A DNA stretch of 59,772 nucleotides, filler included, from Platydemus manokwari (GCA_037951405.1; 5 parts of 5 records of this genome joined end to end with filler, not necessarily neighbours in it); one strand, 5' to 3'; shown: positions 14,301 to 28,077, numbered from the whole stretch's first letter. The notes: generated by a model from the sequence alone, not told the origin. A program made the numbers and translations.

Positions 14301-17300
14301 GATTATAAGCAAATATTAATAATATGTTTATAGTAATAAAATAATAAATATTTGAGAAATAGCCTGTTCGTTCAGCTCAATTCGATACTTGAAAATTGAT
14401 GAATTACGTTAAATGACTACGAAATCGGACTTCTTATTATATTTACTAAAGATTATATAAATCAACATCAATATGAGATAATTTATAATAAAAACTTCAC
14501 TTCTCCCATTCACTTAATCATAATAACTTAGATTAATATTATTATGAAAATATGCATGAAGTCGGCTTTTAATTATTTTTTATTTATAATTATTCCTCTG
14601 TGATAAACAAAATCGGCGATATGGAGTACACAAGGAATGAGATTTTAAGCGTCCAATCGAATTATGCAAAGAATTGAGATAAAACGAAGGATTGAATTAA
14701 TTAAGAAAATGTCGAACGAGTTTAGCTTGCCTAACTTAAAAATTAAAGCTATATTTGGAAGGATATCTGATGATGAATCGGATTCCAATGATTCTAGAAT
14801 TGCTAATAATGCTTTTCTTCTTGATGTGGTTTATAGTCCATGATATAGCTCTTCTTAGACTTTCTTAAAAAACATTTCACGTTGCTGCGCAAGTTTTCTT
14901 ACCTCGAGATTTATGTGCGATTCATTTTTTGTCCTGATGATCGATTGTTCGAATTGTTGGCATTTTAATTATTAAATATAGTGATCACATTTTTGAAAAA
15001 TATCGTTATTCCTAAATTAGTAATTTAAAATGACTAATTTAGTTATTCATCTATTTTTAGTAATTTTTATCACTTGTTTATTTTTAAAATTACTTATATG
15101 CTGATTAATTTTAATAAATTTAGAATTTTAATTGATTTTACGTTAATGGGTAAAATATTTGGAGCTGGTATGGTGGTGTGAGGATTCATAACATACCAAT
15201 ATTTCCATTATAAGCTATCATGCTCAATAAGTCATTTTCCGTTACCAATGGTTGCCGATAACACAGCAATTACTTTTATAGGTTTGCATTAAAAATGCAT
15301 ATCCCGCAGTATGATAAGGACGAGTGTGTGTTAATAATTCACATGGAAGTGAATGAGACCATAAACAAGCATCGCAAATAGTAGAATTCTTATAATAGAT
15401 TAATCAACGATTGACCTGAGAAGGGCTTATTAAAAACTAAATCGTCATTTTATAACAATTCATTAATAATTCTTTTGAACAACATGTTTACGAAATCTTA
15501 CATCACAATTTGCAGCATCTGTTGACATTCAACATTTCAAACATAAATATCTAATATGCTAGGAATTAAAATTTAGAATTAATTTCTGGTATTATCAGTG
15601 GTATAATTTCTAGGAAAATAACCACTAGGAATCAAACCAATTGAATTTTAAATATTTTCTAATGTTAAATCAGATGAATAATCACTAATATGTGGTGAAT
15701 GGGTTTTTCATTTAGGATCAAATTAAGCAAACATTTTCCGTTTGTAAAAAATTATGAAAATGGGATTCAAAGTCTTATAGGTTACAGTAAAATAGAAAAT
15801 TACGAAATAAAACTATCAACAAACAATGTAATCTATATAATTATCAAGCTAATGCCATGCCGTTTAAAAATAAATAGGATAAAATAATCAAAATTATTAC
15901 AGAATATCAACGAGTACATAAGGATGATATATTATTAAAATAATAAAATTTGAAAAAATATATAATTATATTTAAAATCTTTTAGAAAAATGATCAATTA
16001 AATGGACATAAAAGGAATGCTAAGCCAGGTGAATAAATATAAAACCATTAAAAATATGTAAAATAATTACAAAACACTAAAAAACGTTTATTTTAAGGAA
16101 AAATCATCTTTATTTAATTAATAATCCAATCTAGCACAGACAAAACATCGGAAATCCATAAATTGCAGCTCACATCATTGGTAAAATTAAAGCATAAAGC
16201 AGATAGACAAACATCATTACAATGTAATTTAACTACAATGTAAGAGACGTATTGTTGGATACGAAAACCAATATTGATAACAATAAAAGAATAACGTTTT
16301 TGTCAAAACGTAAAAAATTGTATTTAAAAATTGTTAAAGTGGTAAAAAAGATAAAACTAAAAATTGTAATAAATTAGAAGTAGTAGGAATGGGCAGGTTT
16401 TCAAAACATTTATAAATTGAAAATTTTTATGCATCGCCCTTAAAAACCCCCAATATCACAGAAAAAACAAAATAATAAAATTAAAACAAGTCCAAATAAA
16501 TATAAGATATTATCAGTTTTGAGCATGTTTTTAATATTCATATTACCATATTCTTACTGTCATTTTTATTTGGTTTGAAATCATAATAAATAGAGTCACT
16601 AATTCAGTTAAATCTTATTAAAACTCTCTAAGCTTAGTGACAGTTCGTTGCTATGAAGAGGCTAGATCTAGCCACTTTTGAAGCGTGAAGCGAATATAAT
16701 GCACTTCTGGATATTTTCACATGAGACTCAGACGTCACAAAATTTTTCTTATTCTAACCGAAATAGAACCGATAATAATAAATTCTTAAAAAAAACCTGG
16801 TTATTCGCTTATAATATTTCAGCATTTATTATTTATTTATCATTTGTTGTTGTTATCATTTATCGTTATTTTAAATTGATAATCAATTATATTTTATTGC
16901 AATTTTGATTTATTTATTAGTATTTTTAGTTAAATTCTAAAATTTCGTAAATTTACACAAATATTTGAAGTCAGGTTCGAATTTTAAAATTATTATATTT
17001 ATTAGAACGTAACACTTTATTAGAATATTTTTAGAATTTTTTATAAAACATAACATTTGATGTATCAGACCTAACAGTATTTACAGATAATAAGCTTGGA
17101 AAAGTGACGTGACGAAAGAAATTCATATGAATACCAAGCATACAAAATTTCATGATGGAAAAATTTATTTAAAATTTTACATTAGTCTTAATCGTATTAT
17201 TTTAATTTTATGTTCAAATTTTTTGACTTGAAATGTATTATATGATATTTTTTTATCACTTTTTATAAGATAATGATTCGAATATTACACTAATGATTCC

Positions 17301-17407
17301 AAAAAGTCAAGTATAATTCATTCTAACTAACATTTATATTTTGTTAAACACACACACACACTTATATATGGATCCTTTCTAGAAAAATAGATTAACGTTA
17401 GAATAAT

Positions 17408-17507
17408 NNNNNNNNNNNNNNNNNNNNNNNNNNNNNNNNNNNNNNNNNNNNTTAATTAATTAANNNNNNNNNNNNNNNNNNNNNNNNNNNNNNNNNNNNN
17501 NNNNNNN
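17408..17507. other. Assembly gap spacer (N44-TTAATTAATTAA-N44)
   Basis: Same 100-bp construct occurs four times. The 12-mer gives stops in all six frames, so it is an artificial linker. Confidence 0.97.
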
Positions 17508-17744
17508 AATAATTGTTAATTATTATTAATTTATTTATTTTGCTTAAATGATGACTATGATTATTATTATGAGAATATAAATTAAACATATTTTATATGG
17601 ATTAAAATAGGTAGTGCACAAATATTAGTGTGAAATATAAAATAAGTATTTCCAATATAAACTGTATTCGTTTTATAATGATTGAGAAATAAATGAAAAT
17701 AAATAAAGAATTAAAGAAATATAATTAAATTAAATAATTAGATA

Positions 17745-18335
17745 AAAATTAGATTTGTTTTAATATTAAAAAAAAACGGCTGGATTTTGAAAATAGAATA
17801 AAAATATTGATGACAAAATCGTGTTTTAACTGGCGACCACGTCGAAATTAACGCTCTGACTAGAGCTGAACGAGAAGAGAAGCAGAAAATTTTTTCGAAT
17901 CTGCCACAAAAAACTCAATAGTTATTAATTCCCAAACCTTCATTCATCGATTCATCAATCCAAGACGCTGAGAAATAGTTCCAAACAACCAAAGATTTCG
18001 CGACCTTTATTCAAATGGAACTGTCATTTGCATTTGACATGCTTTTGAGAGATGACGCCAAACAGCTGTGGCAAAAATTCAGCAGTTTCAAAGAGGCTGT
18101 TTCAAATGAAGAAATTGAAAAATTGTTTTTAGAAACATTTTCACATGCCAAAACAGTATCGGACAAGGTTCAAGATTTGGCAGCAATGCAACGAAGACCA
18201 GATGAAAAATATCGGCTAAATGGATCTCAAAAACAACTGAAGAGGGAAGTCGTATTTGTTTTAATATTAACAAAAACAAACGATGTAATTATGAATTAGA
18301 ATAAAAATATTGATGGACACGAATTGTGTTTAAAC
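17745..18335 (+). mobile_element. Internally deleted copy of the 4189-7425 Gypsy family (LTR end, PBS, 5' gag, second LTR end)
   Basis: 17745-18213 aligns by eye with 4395-4855 (ELSFAFDMLLRDDAKQLWQ..). PBS TGGCGACCACG at 17831-17841. 18255-18335 repeats the LTR 3' end seen at 17755-17830. Confidence 0.88.
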
Positions 18336-18439
18336 TCAAATAAAATAAAATAAAATAAAATTTATTAAATTTAATCAAAAATAATTAATAACGTGTTATA
18401 TTAATCAATTTCATATCAACAAATTAATCTTCAACTCAC

Positions 18440-21400
18440 CAACACTAAATGGAATACTTTTGTCACGATTTATTATTGTTTTTCCGTCTGATGATAAGAA
18501 ATTCGATATAGGATTGAAGTTGTGAGCATCTAGCCATACACTTTTATTTCTATTCACTTCATGAAGATTGGCTAATACACACGTATCTTTTGGTATAAAA
18601 TATCCACACAAATCTGCATCTTCTGTAGTTGAATGAGGAACGCCAAAATGTAAAATAGCTGACCATCTATAAATATTTATATATTGATTCCCCATTCAAA
18701 ACATTACACAACAGATAACCTTAATGTTTCCAATATTGCAGCTTCACACAATGGAAGACATGCAAGATCTCTGGTTGATGGTTTTCTTTCTTTTCCAATG
18801 ACAGTATCAATTTCATGACATATTTTTTGTTGCAGGTCTTGATTGTTGGCCAAAGCAAATAACGACCAAGATATCGAAGAGTATGTCGTTTCGGTTGCCG
18901 CAACAATTAATTCGCTACAAGCTCGAGCTATTTGTTCATCTTAAGTTCGTCAATAAATTAAATACGATATCAATCAATGAATTCTACTATTCCTTTAAAC
19001 AGTACTAAAATAATTTCATTAAAAATATAATAATTCAGCATTTATTGATATTTATATTAAATTGAGATTCAATTATGAAGTAGGTCGTGGACATTATAGA
19101 CTGGTAATCCACTTAGATAGTGTAGAAAGTAAGAGCGTACTAGAAGAAACAAAGATATAAATCATCATTATTTATAAAGGTGCATGAAAAAAGAAATAAA
19201 AAGATCTGGCGAAAGAACAACTAGAGTGTTAACTTGGATGCTTAAAGTCAGCGTTGCCATGATGTCAATCGATGTTCCAGCTCTGGTTTCTTTGAATTCC
19301 AAATCGTAATCTGTCGCATCTCAATGCAAATATTTGTATTCTTATTTCATATTCGTGATTCTTATGAACATTGTGTGACTATCTGACTTTTATGAACATA
19401 GTAACTAAAAAATATTAAGTTAAGCGAAAAGTTACGACAAAATAATTACGGCAACAATCAAATAATATTATTAGCAGAAATAATAGAATAACTGTTAATT
19501 TGAACAAGAAAAGGGTACAAAATTAACTGGGGAAATCTTTAATTCAATTCAGCCAGCAACATCTGACTTATTGGATACACAGTAATCCATATTTCAAAAT
19601 CTTTCATCAATTTTCAAATGAATTATTATCTTTTCTGCTCAACCGAAAAGACCACCAAACTTATGGTGTTAAAAAATCTAACGTTCCAGCTAATATGATT
19701 GGAAAATTTTGTGATTTAATAAAAATATTTTAAGAAAAAATAATTATTACTTTGTGCTAGTTCTCTTTGCATTTCTAATTAATGAAAATCTTCATTGATT
19801 AAAGAACTCACCGTGGTGAGTTTCGCAATAAAAATTTAGACATTCAAACCCGAACATAAGCTTTCATTGAAAGCAATTAGAAAGCCAGAATATTTTTTAA
19901 AATAAGAAGTATGTATTTCGTACCATCCCACCAATAGGCGTCTTCTTTTGTTTTTTGATGATTGCCTTGTTCCTCGATATAACTATAGATGAAATCGCTG
20001 ATATTGTCACGATTGAATGATGATTTGTGTTCTTTGACGAATTCCATAATCATTTCTTCCAAAGGCACCATTGAATCTTTGTAATGTTTCATTCCTACTA
20101 ACTTTTGAAAAATTTCCCATTTCCTAAAATTAATATTTTGATTGTAACATTAATTTCTATTAGCTTCAACATTATCGGTATTGTTTTATTTTAATAGCAA
20201 CCCCTAATAAATTCAAAGAAACCATCGATGAGGAATGAATCAATTCTCATCCGATTTCAAAAGGGAAATAAATGTCAAGCAGTATAATGAGTTTGAATTG
20301 ATTTTGTGAAAAGAATTTATCAAGATTCCATCATTCAGCTAGAATATATCAATATAGTGGAAATAATAGACACAATCTGGAAATTAATAAACGTCGAAGC
20401 GCAAATTCCTTTTAAGATATTTTAAACGTTATTTATTCAAAAATAATTTACAAATTTAATATTTTTATTTATGGTTGAAACGGAAAAATCGATAATAATG
20501 TGGCCACTAAAAATGCTGGAGACGAGTTTATTTATAAAATTAAAATTTAACTCTAAGTTATTATTTAGAGTACTTAGACGGATTTAATTTATTGTCGATG
20601 AGATCCAACTGAAGTTTTTTGAGTCTATACAACCCATGATCTTTGAAATTTATAAGCGTTGTTTACAATTAATTTAAACAGAACTCAGTAGTCGTAAGCA
20701 ATTTTGCAACCCATTTTTATTGATATCTTACAAAATTAAAACATCTAAAATCATTTATTTTAATATTTAATAAACTCTTTATATTAAAATTTTACATGAT
20801 CAGATTCATTGAATTATTGGAGTGATGATCAAGACTCAGTTGGTCAATTTTAATTCTCTAATTAGATTTTTAATTCATTGAACCCAGATGAGATAATTGA
20901 GATTGTGCTAATTGGAAAACACATTACAAATTCATGTTTTCATATTTTCCTTTAATCTTATCTTAATGTTATCAATTTATAAATTAATTTATAAATTAAA
21001 AACGGTTTACACCACTCATTGATAAATCCGAAACAAAGCTTTCAATCCAACTCATCTCATTACAACAATCTCCTTTTCAAAATCATATTCTCGTTTATTA
21101 TTATTTTTAAATTATTATTGGTAGCAGAAATTTGTTAATTCTTGTAGTTAATTCTGAAAATTGAAAGGTCACTTTATATTGAACGTGATTAGAAATGATT
21201 TCTGTTAAATGATATCAACATTGAAGGTGTTATTTATTCCCAATTATTTATCATCTATAAGGCGTAATTATAAATGGCATGATAATGAAAGTACTTAATA
21301 AATTATTTTATGAATGTATTTTATAATTATTTTATATTTTATAATAATTACTTACATTAGTGGAAGGAGAAATGGAAATGAATTAACAAGAATCAAAATC

Positions 21401-22256
21401 ATTGGGAACTTCTGAACTATTTCCAGTTGCTTAATAAAAAATGAGAGTTGCTCATTATTAAAATTGAACCCAAACATGATTCCTGTGACGCTAATTGCAA
21501 CAGCTTCGATCAAACTCGTTTGAAAATTGAAACTTTTGTCAGGGAGGCGACTAATGTGGTTGTCTATTTTCTCAAACATACCATTGATCTATAATAATAA
21601 TCATAATTATTAGAAAAAATTATATTTATTAAAAAAATTATTATTATCATTATATATATTTATAATTAAAATTTTTTATTCCTGGAATATATAAAAATCC
21701 AATAATCATATTCCTCTAAAATATTACACTCTCATTGATTTTATCCTCGAAAGATATTTTACCAAACCCCATGTTTCGAAATGAACGCAAAATAAAACGA
21801 CGATGTTCTCTATGAAATTTTCCACTTGTTGTTGCAATTCCTGATTCGATTTAAAATTATATAGAAAAATATCTGATTTCACGATTGTACCTTTGCCACG
21901 AGAAACTTCTGATTGCATAAGTTTAAGACTACGGCCAGAAAATTGATCTCCGCGAACAGTAAATGCTTCTTTAATCTTATCGATATCATTAAGGAACACT
22001 ATGTAACTAAACCCAACTCGAACACATACTATGTTTCCATACTGCGTTAGAGTCTCAATCAATTTAGGTCTATCTTGTGAATCTAATGAAAAATATATAA
22101 ATCGATCTTTTCATGAATTAATCAATTACAATACGTGAGCCATGGCAAATATCCAACTAATGGCAATCCACTTGGTCCCGGTGGAAGGTTTTTCGGTTTC
22201 ACCAAGTACCAATAAATAATTAAAAGAATTAGACCAACAAATATCAGCTGAAACAT
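18440..22256 (-). CDS. Cytochrome P450, CYP2 clan; 7 exons seen, final heme-Cys exon not found
   Basis: Exons (minus): 22256-22130, 22082-21891, 21840-21728, 21588-21356, 20123-19924, 18939-18720, 18666-18440. All GT-AG and phase-consistent with no stops. N-terminal TM plus LPPGPSGLPLVG, FSGR, EHRRF..LRSFRNMGFGK, I-helix AATETT, ETLR (ExxR), GYFIPKDT, FNP..NFL, and PFSVG ending at a GTGAG donor. Confidence 0.93.
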
Positions 22257-22499
22257 TTTAATGGAATAACTAACTAAAATATTCACTTAGCACTTTATAG
22301 ATGCTTAATATAATAATAGGTCGAAATCAGTGAACTGTGAAAATTACTATTAAATTAGTGTGTATTATATTCTACTCATTTTTAATCGAAATATTAACGA
22401 TTTATATCATTATATTTCATACATGCATAGTGTTTGGCGGATTTTTTTTACAGTAGTTCAAAACTTTTGTGAAAATTTAAAAATCGATTAACCATATTT

Positions 22500-23250
22500 T
22501 GTTTTTCTCTCCAAGATCGATCACCTGTTGCATTGGCGATGTCTTGGAATCCATCAAAATCTTTCCGTCATAATTGGCGCTCCCACTGTTAATGGAGATC
22601 TGAAGTCCTCTGCATTTTCAGCTGTGAATTTTGCTTTGAGGAATATTTGTTTTTCTTTGATATCGTTTTGATTTAGCTTCGTTCTCATAAATGATTTTCT
22701 GTGTTTCATATCTTCTATTGTTGAATTTTATTCCATGTTCGGGATGCCTTGAAGTGGTTACTTTTCCTTTGTATTGAATCCTTGAAATGGTTTTCAATTT
22801 AATTTCATGGCTATTCATGCAGATAAGTTGGTTGCTCTTACATGTAATTCTAGTCTTCTGATTGGATTTCTCACGAGATTCCTCGTTCCACTTCGAATGC
22901 TCTTCCATCATGGTCAATGAATTCTGTGCTTTTCTAAAGTATGCGGATTTCTCATTTTTTCCATTTTTGAATTTTTTACGAAATTTCGTAAGTTTCATTG
23001 GATTTCTCCTGGTAATTTCTAATAGATGAATCTTCATTTTCTAATCTATGGTCTCTGCATCGTTTGGGATATCTTCGTTCTTCGATCGCGTGGCCAGCTG
23101 CTGAACTGCTCCATACCATTTGATTTTTTGAATGTTTGGTTTGAATTTATTGATTATGTGAAATTGTGATAAGTGAGAAATTATTAGTTTTTGAATTGAT
23201 TTTTTATAGTTGACATGCTTGCCTGAAGACAACTTGTGTGTAATCGCTAA
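22500..23250 (-). mobile_element. Degenerate ORF remnants, probably retroelement gag/ORF1-derived
   Basis: In-frame ORFs 23041-23232 and 22618-23037, separated by one stop, are K/E/N-rich and intronless. They sit in the TE cluster upstream of the CYP. No diagnostic motif recognised. Confidence 0.3.
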
Positions 23251-23559
23251 TCAACTGCCAGCATTCACCTTACAATTTAACCAATAGTAAATAAAAAAGC
23301 ATAAGATCAATTTTTCACAGTACAATATCAATAATCACCAATAATCATAAAATAAAGGCAGTTATCAATCAAAATAAATAACTCAACGATATTTTTACAA
23401 TATATGATTAGTCATAAATATGTCACATGCTTGAAAATAAAAATAAAAATTAAAAATAAAAATTCTAATATTTATTTAACATAAATATTGGTCTTCACGA
23501 GGCGGTGGGAGAATCCCTCACCTCGACTTTAAGAATTGTATTTATTGGTTTGTTTGTAT

Positions 23560-26510
23560 GTTTGTTTCCTTTTTGGACCAGCGTTAGAGTTGGCATGATC
23601 CTAGTCTGGTGGAATTTCGAATCTCTCGTGCTGTATACTGCCTCCGAGTCTGTTCAAATGAAGATTTGACAGTTAGTGCAGATATCACAATCATAGTTAT
23701 TACTACGACGAAAAATATAGTAATTGAGGATAAGGTCCAAGCATTAGAATTAAAAGTAGATCGCATCTCTTTGATCGAAATCTCATGCAGTTTTCGAGAT
23801 CTGTTGTATTGTGATCGAAGTTAGAGCTCGGATTGATCTGATGCCATCTTAATCATTATCAAAAGTCCTATGATTAATAAAATTAAAGTATTACGTATTT
23901 TATCTTGATGGGGACTGTAGCTGAATGTTTGTGTATTCTACTAAATTGAGTTCTCATTCTTATTGTGATTGCTTTCAGTATTCGATTTTTAATTTGTATT
24001 TCTCTCTTTGATTTAAATTTTCGAATTTTGTATGTGAGTGATTTAAATGTAGTGAAATGCTTTTATGGATTCTCATAAAATTCAAAGTGAATGCCAATTT
24101 CTGATCACTGCTACATTCGTCTTGAACTGAGATCGATGAGGATGTTTTGGAGAATTGTGCACTGTTGTTTGGTTTTTTGGATTACAATAGTTTTATTTTC
24201 TTGTAATCCAACTATTAATCGATCCTTTCTGTATTGGCCGTCGTCTGTTACTCTTTTTTCATAATACGTTATACTTGCCCTATTTATTTCATATAAAATC
24301 TCAAATTATTGATTTTTGTATAAGTTAATGATTTCGTAAAATTAATTGATTTCCTGTAACTGAAGGTCTCTTATTTAATGTTCACTAATATATTTGGTTT
24401 ATAATGCCAACGACATACAATACCGTCAATAATTGTTCTGTTGTAGCTTTATTATTAATTTCGCTCGTCCATACTTAAATTGTAAGGCTAGAGTCTGGCC
24501 ATCCGAAAAGAAAAATAGGATTAATCCAAAATGCAGTTTTCTACGATTCAATGCCAGATAATTAATAATTATTTTTTCTTTTAATTCATCTTATGTGAAT
24601 GCTTTAGAATTCATTTGATGTACGAGCCAACTTCGTATAGTTTCTGGATTGCGAGTTTTACAATTCACATAAGATTAGTGTATGAAGAATAAATTTTTAA
24701 TCATTTTATTATTTCGATTTCTAATTTAATGGAATCATTGCATCCATTGTGTAATCCAAATTAAATAAAATTATAAAATATATAAAGAGTAATAAGCTGC
24801 AGAATCTACTTGAAACGCCTGCTCATGTCGTTACATTACCTGTCGACTTATCACCCAAAGAATTTTGATTATCGTCTACTTCAGACACCTTTTTTACATC
24901 GATTAACTTGTACCCTATTACCGGTCTCGTTTTCAAGTTCTTTGGGATTGTACCACAAACAGTATATGGGCCTTTGTATGGCCTGTTTAATTTCGAAGAC
25001 ATCCCGAGGATATTCTCTGGTTGAAATAGATGTTGTTTCATGCACTGCACTTCTATATGCGTATAAGCAAGGGTTGATATACAAGTCCCAATCTCGTTGG
25101 ATTGCTCCAATATATGATCACAACAACAGCATATTGATTAAAGTACCATTCAATCTCTCCACTAGTCCATCTGTTTGTGGGCGATATGATGATGTGTTTA
25201 GCTTCAAAATTCCAAACAGATCCTTTATGGTTTTAAATAGTTCGTTAAAATAGTTAGAACCACAGTCAGTTAATGTTTTCTTAGGGTCCCCTAAACAAAA
25301 AACTATATTTTCTAAAAACACATTAGTGACTGTTACTGCTTTTTGATTTTTAATTGCGAAGGTCACAGGCAATTTTGCCCAGTAATCTCAAAATACAGGA
25401 ATATATTTATTGTCATTTATAGTTACCGGAAATGGTCCAACTATGTCTATGGCTGTCATTTTCATGAGTGCAGAAGGTACTGGCAAGGGTATCAATGGTG
25501 TTTTAATCTGTACAGGATAATGCCTTTCTATGGAATAAATGACCTCTTAATGCACCATCATGATACTGTATGAGTAAAATATGTTTATGTTTCTCAGGTA
25601 CTACTAATAATATATCTTTACCAGTACAATATCTTAATAAATCCTTACGCATAAATATCTGGGTTGTATTAATGGTTTTGGATCTACATTAGAAACTCAA
25701 TCTTCCAATGATGTTTTAATTCGTTTAATTTTAATATCATTCTCTTGATTCTCCTTAAATTTATCCATGCACGTGATGTCTCTCGCTGTCATTGAAATAG
25801 TAAAGAAGATTTTCTATCGTCAATTTCATCTTCCTTAATTCTCGATAGTGTATCTGCGTTAGCATTCGATTTTCTAGATCTATACCTAATTTCAATATCA
25901 TACTGTTGGAGTGTCATGATCCATCTAATTAATCTACTACCAACATCTTGATGATTCATAAGCCATTTTAGGGGGTTATGATCTGTATATAATATAATTT
26001 TATGTCTTAGTAAATATTGTCGAAAATGTGTCACTGCAAAAATAATTGCTAATACTTATTTTTCTATAGTTGAATATTTTTTTACGTCTTTTTTCAAGGC
26101 TCTACTAGCGTATGCAATAACGTGATCCTTTTCACCATCATCTTGTTGCCTGAATACAGCGCAAATAGTAAACCTATTGTATCTCTCATTACAGTAAAGG
26201 GTTTCTTCATGCCTGGGTGTCATAATATGGGGTTGGTGGCTAATTTTTGTTTAAATAATTCAAAAGGTTCTTGTTGTTGTTCTAGCCATTGAAATGCTTA
26301 GTAGTTTGTAGTGTGCTAATACGATGAGCAGTATAGTAATTAGCAAGACCATGAAAAGATCTTACTTCATAAAAATTGATTGAGGTCAGAAATTTAAGTA
26401 TTTCATCTACTCGCGCTTGATGTTGTTTTAAAACTTCCTTAGAAATAGTATGACCAATGTATGTGACCTCTGACTTTGCCCAATCACATTTAGAAGCTCT
26501 AATTTTAAAA
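23560..26510 (-). mobile_element. Decayed Ty3/Gypsy pol (RT end, RNase H, integrase) followed by a probable env-like ORF remnant
   Basis: IRASKCDWAKSEVTYIGHTISKE (~26500-26435); VIAYASRAL..AVTHFRQYL..TDHNPL..RLIRW..LQQYD..ANADTLSR (26130-25845); IDIVGPFP; LTDCGSNY; SYRPQTDGLVERLNGTL; YAYRSAVHETT; GPY motif (~24965). Downstream 24800-23580 is frameshifted coding-like sequence ending in a TM segment. Confidence 0.9.
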
Positions 26511-26519
26511 TTTTAAAAA

Positions 26520-26921
26520 GAAGAACAGCAAAAAAAGAAAATAAAATGTTGGCCAATGGGTATTAATAAAAAGAGAAAACCCAAATAAAATGGAAGATAG
26601 ATACGAGGGCCCATATCAAATAATAGAAAAAATTCACGACAGGAGTTACAAGCTGAAGAATGAGACTGGGAAAGTGGTTATAAGAAATATAGAGTGGTTG
26701 AAATATTTTATAAAAGAGGGGATGTAAGGGAGGTTCGTAAATGGAAAGATATGCATGATGTGTGTATGTTGTTGGATTGCATGTTGATTATTGATTGCGC
26801 AATTATGAGAAACCCCTAAGACGTTATTAAATCATCCAAAATGAAATGGCGTATATAACATAGCAATTGTATTGAACAAAATTATTCAGTCTAAAACGAC
26901 TTATTTCTAACAACTACAACA
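26520..26921 (+). mobile_element. 3' end of a different Gypsy element: integrase C-terminus, PPT and ~200-bp 3' LTR
   Basis: KMEDRYEGPYQIIEKIHDRSYKLKNETGKVVIRNIEWLKYF (~26588-26710). PPT AAAAGAGGGGA directly followed by TGTAAGG at 26723. LTR ends near CTACAACA (~26921). Confidence 0.82.
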
Positions 26922-27699
26922 CCGAGATTATTAATTTGTAATTTCATTCAATTTATAAGTTATAGCCATACAACGAACTTAACTAGATATTCATTTTCTG
27001 TATGAATTTCATTAATTTCAATAAATGTCAAATTTGTTTCAACTTAACCTTGTTTTCTTCAATGCAGAGTGAAAATGGATATATAATTATTAAGTAATGC
27101 TCTTTAAGTAATATTGAATACAATTAATAGAATAAGCTTGTGATAAGATTTACGTGTTGCGGTGGTACAGTTTATTTCACAAAGTACTAGCACTAAACTG
27201 AAATACAATACAGAGATAAATGTTAATGAAATCAATACTAGACCTGGTCTAAAGTAAATGAATGATATATATATTAAAAATGTCAGCGTTTGGTATGTCA
27301 GTAATCATATTACGTAATATAAACAGTTAGTGACGTTGGTTCATCATTGTGTGCCCATTTTATATATTGAACTTCAAGATTGAATTGCTCAAAAATATCG
27401 ATACCGCTTTTATTACTCCATGCTATATTGATAACTATGATGATCACATTTTTAATCGATTTTGTCAACGTGTTCCTTTGAATGCGATTTTAATAAATTT
27501 CAAACCCATTTTCTCAGGAATGATTTTTCAAATTTTAATTCTTTTTTTCAAAATATTTTATCATAATTTTATAATCCTCAATTCACTACTGTAAAATGTG
27601 CTTAATTATCTCAACACTTCAAATATATTATCGTTATATTTATTCAAAATTATAATGCTTAATGAAGATCATTTTAAATCGATTCATCACAATTTAACG

Positions 27700-28045
27700 A
27701 CAAATATACAGACAAAGAAAGATCGAAACATGCAATGTAAAAGATCAAATTGGAAGACTAAACAAGGAATACGGAAAAATATTCATGGCTTTTAATTGGA
27801 TCTAGGCAGAACCACCTTAGTTGTTCACGATATTATAATTACCGGAGATTTTATTTCACATAATCCCATAAGACAGTCAATGCACTTAGAATCAAAAATT
27901 GAGGAAGTGATAAAAATGTTGGTCGAAATAAGAGTAATAAGACCATGCAAGAGTGCTTAGAATTCATCTCTGATTATCGTATGAAAAAAGAATGGATCTA
28001 TCCGGATGTGTAGATTTTGAAGGACTCAATGGTGTGACAAATTGA
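27700..28045 (+). mobile_element. Gypsy RT N-terminal fragment
   Basis: DLGRTTLVVHDII..NPIRQSMHLESKIEEVIKML..IRPCKSA*NSSLIIV*KKNGSIRMC parallels the RT start at ~6108-6320. Confidence 0.8.
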
Positions 28046-28077
28046 ATTAAGTCCGAGATCCCAAGATTGGACATTGC

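Noticed and set aside
10430-15500. Several coding-looking patches, searched for the missing CYP heme exon
   Set aside because: The frames I translated were interrupted and showed no RxCxG-type motif; probably old TE debris.
17452-17463. TTAATTAATTAA as a biological repeat or motif
   Set aside because: It is embedded symmetrically in N runs at four places, so it is an assembly linker.
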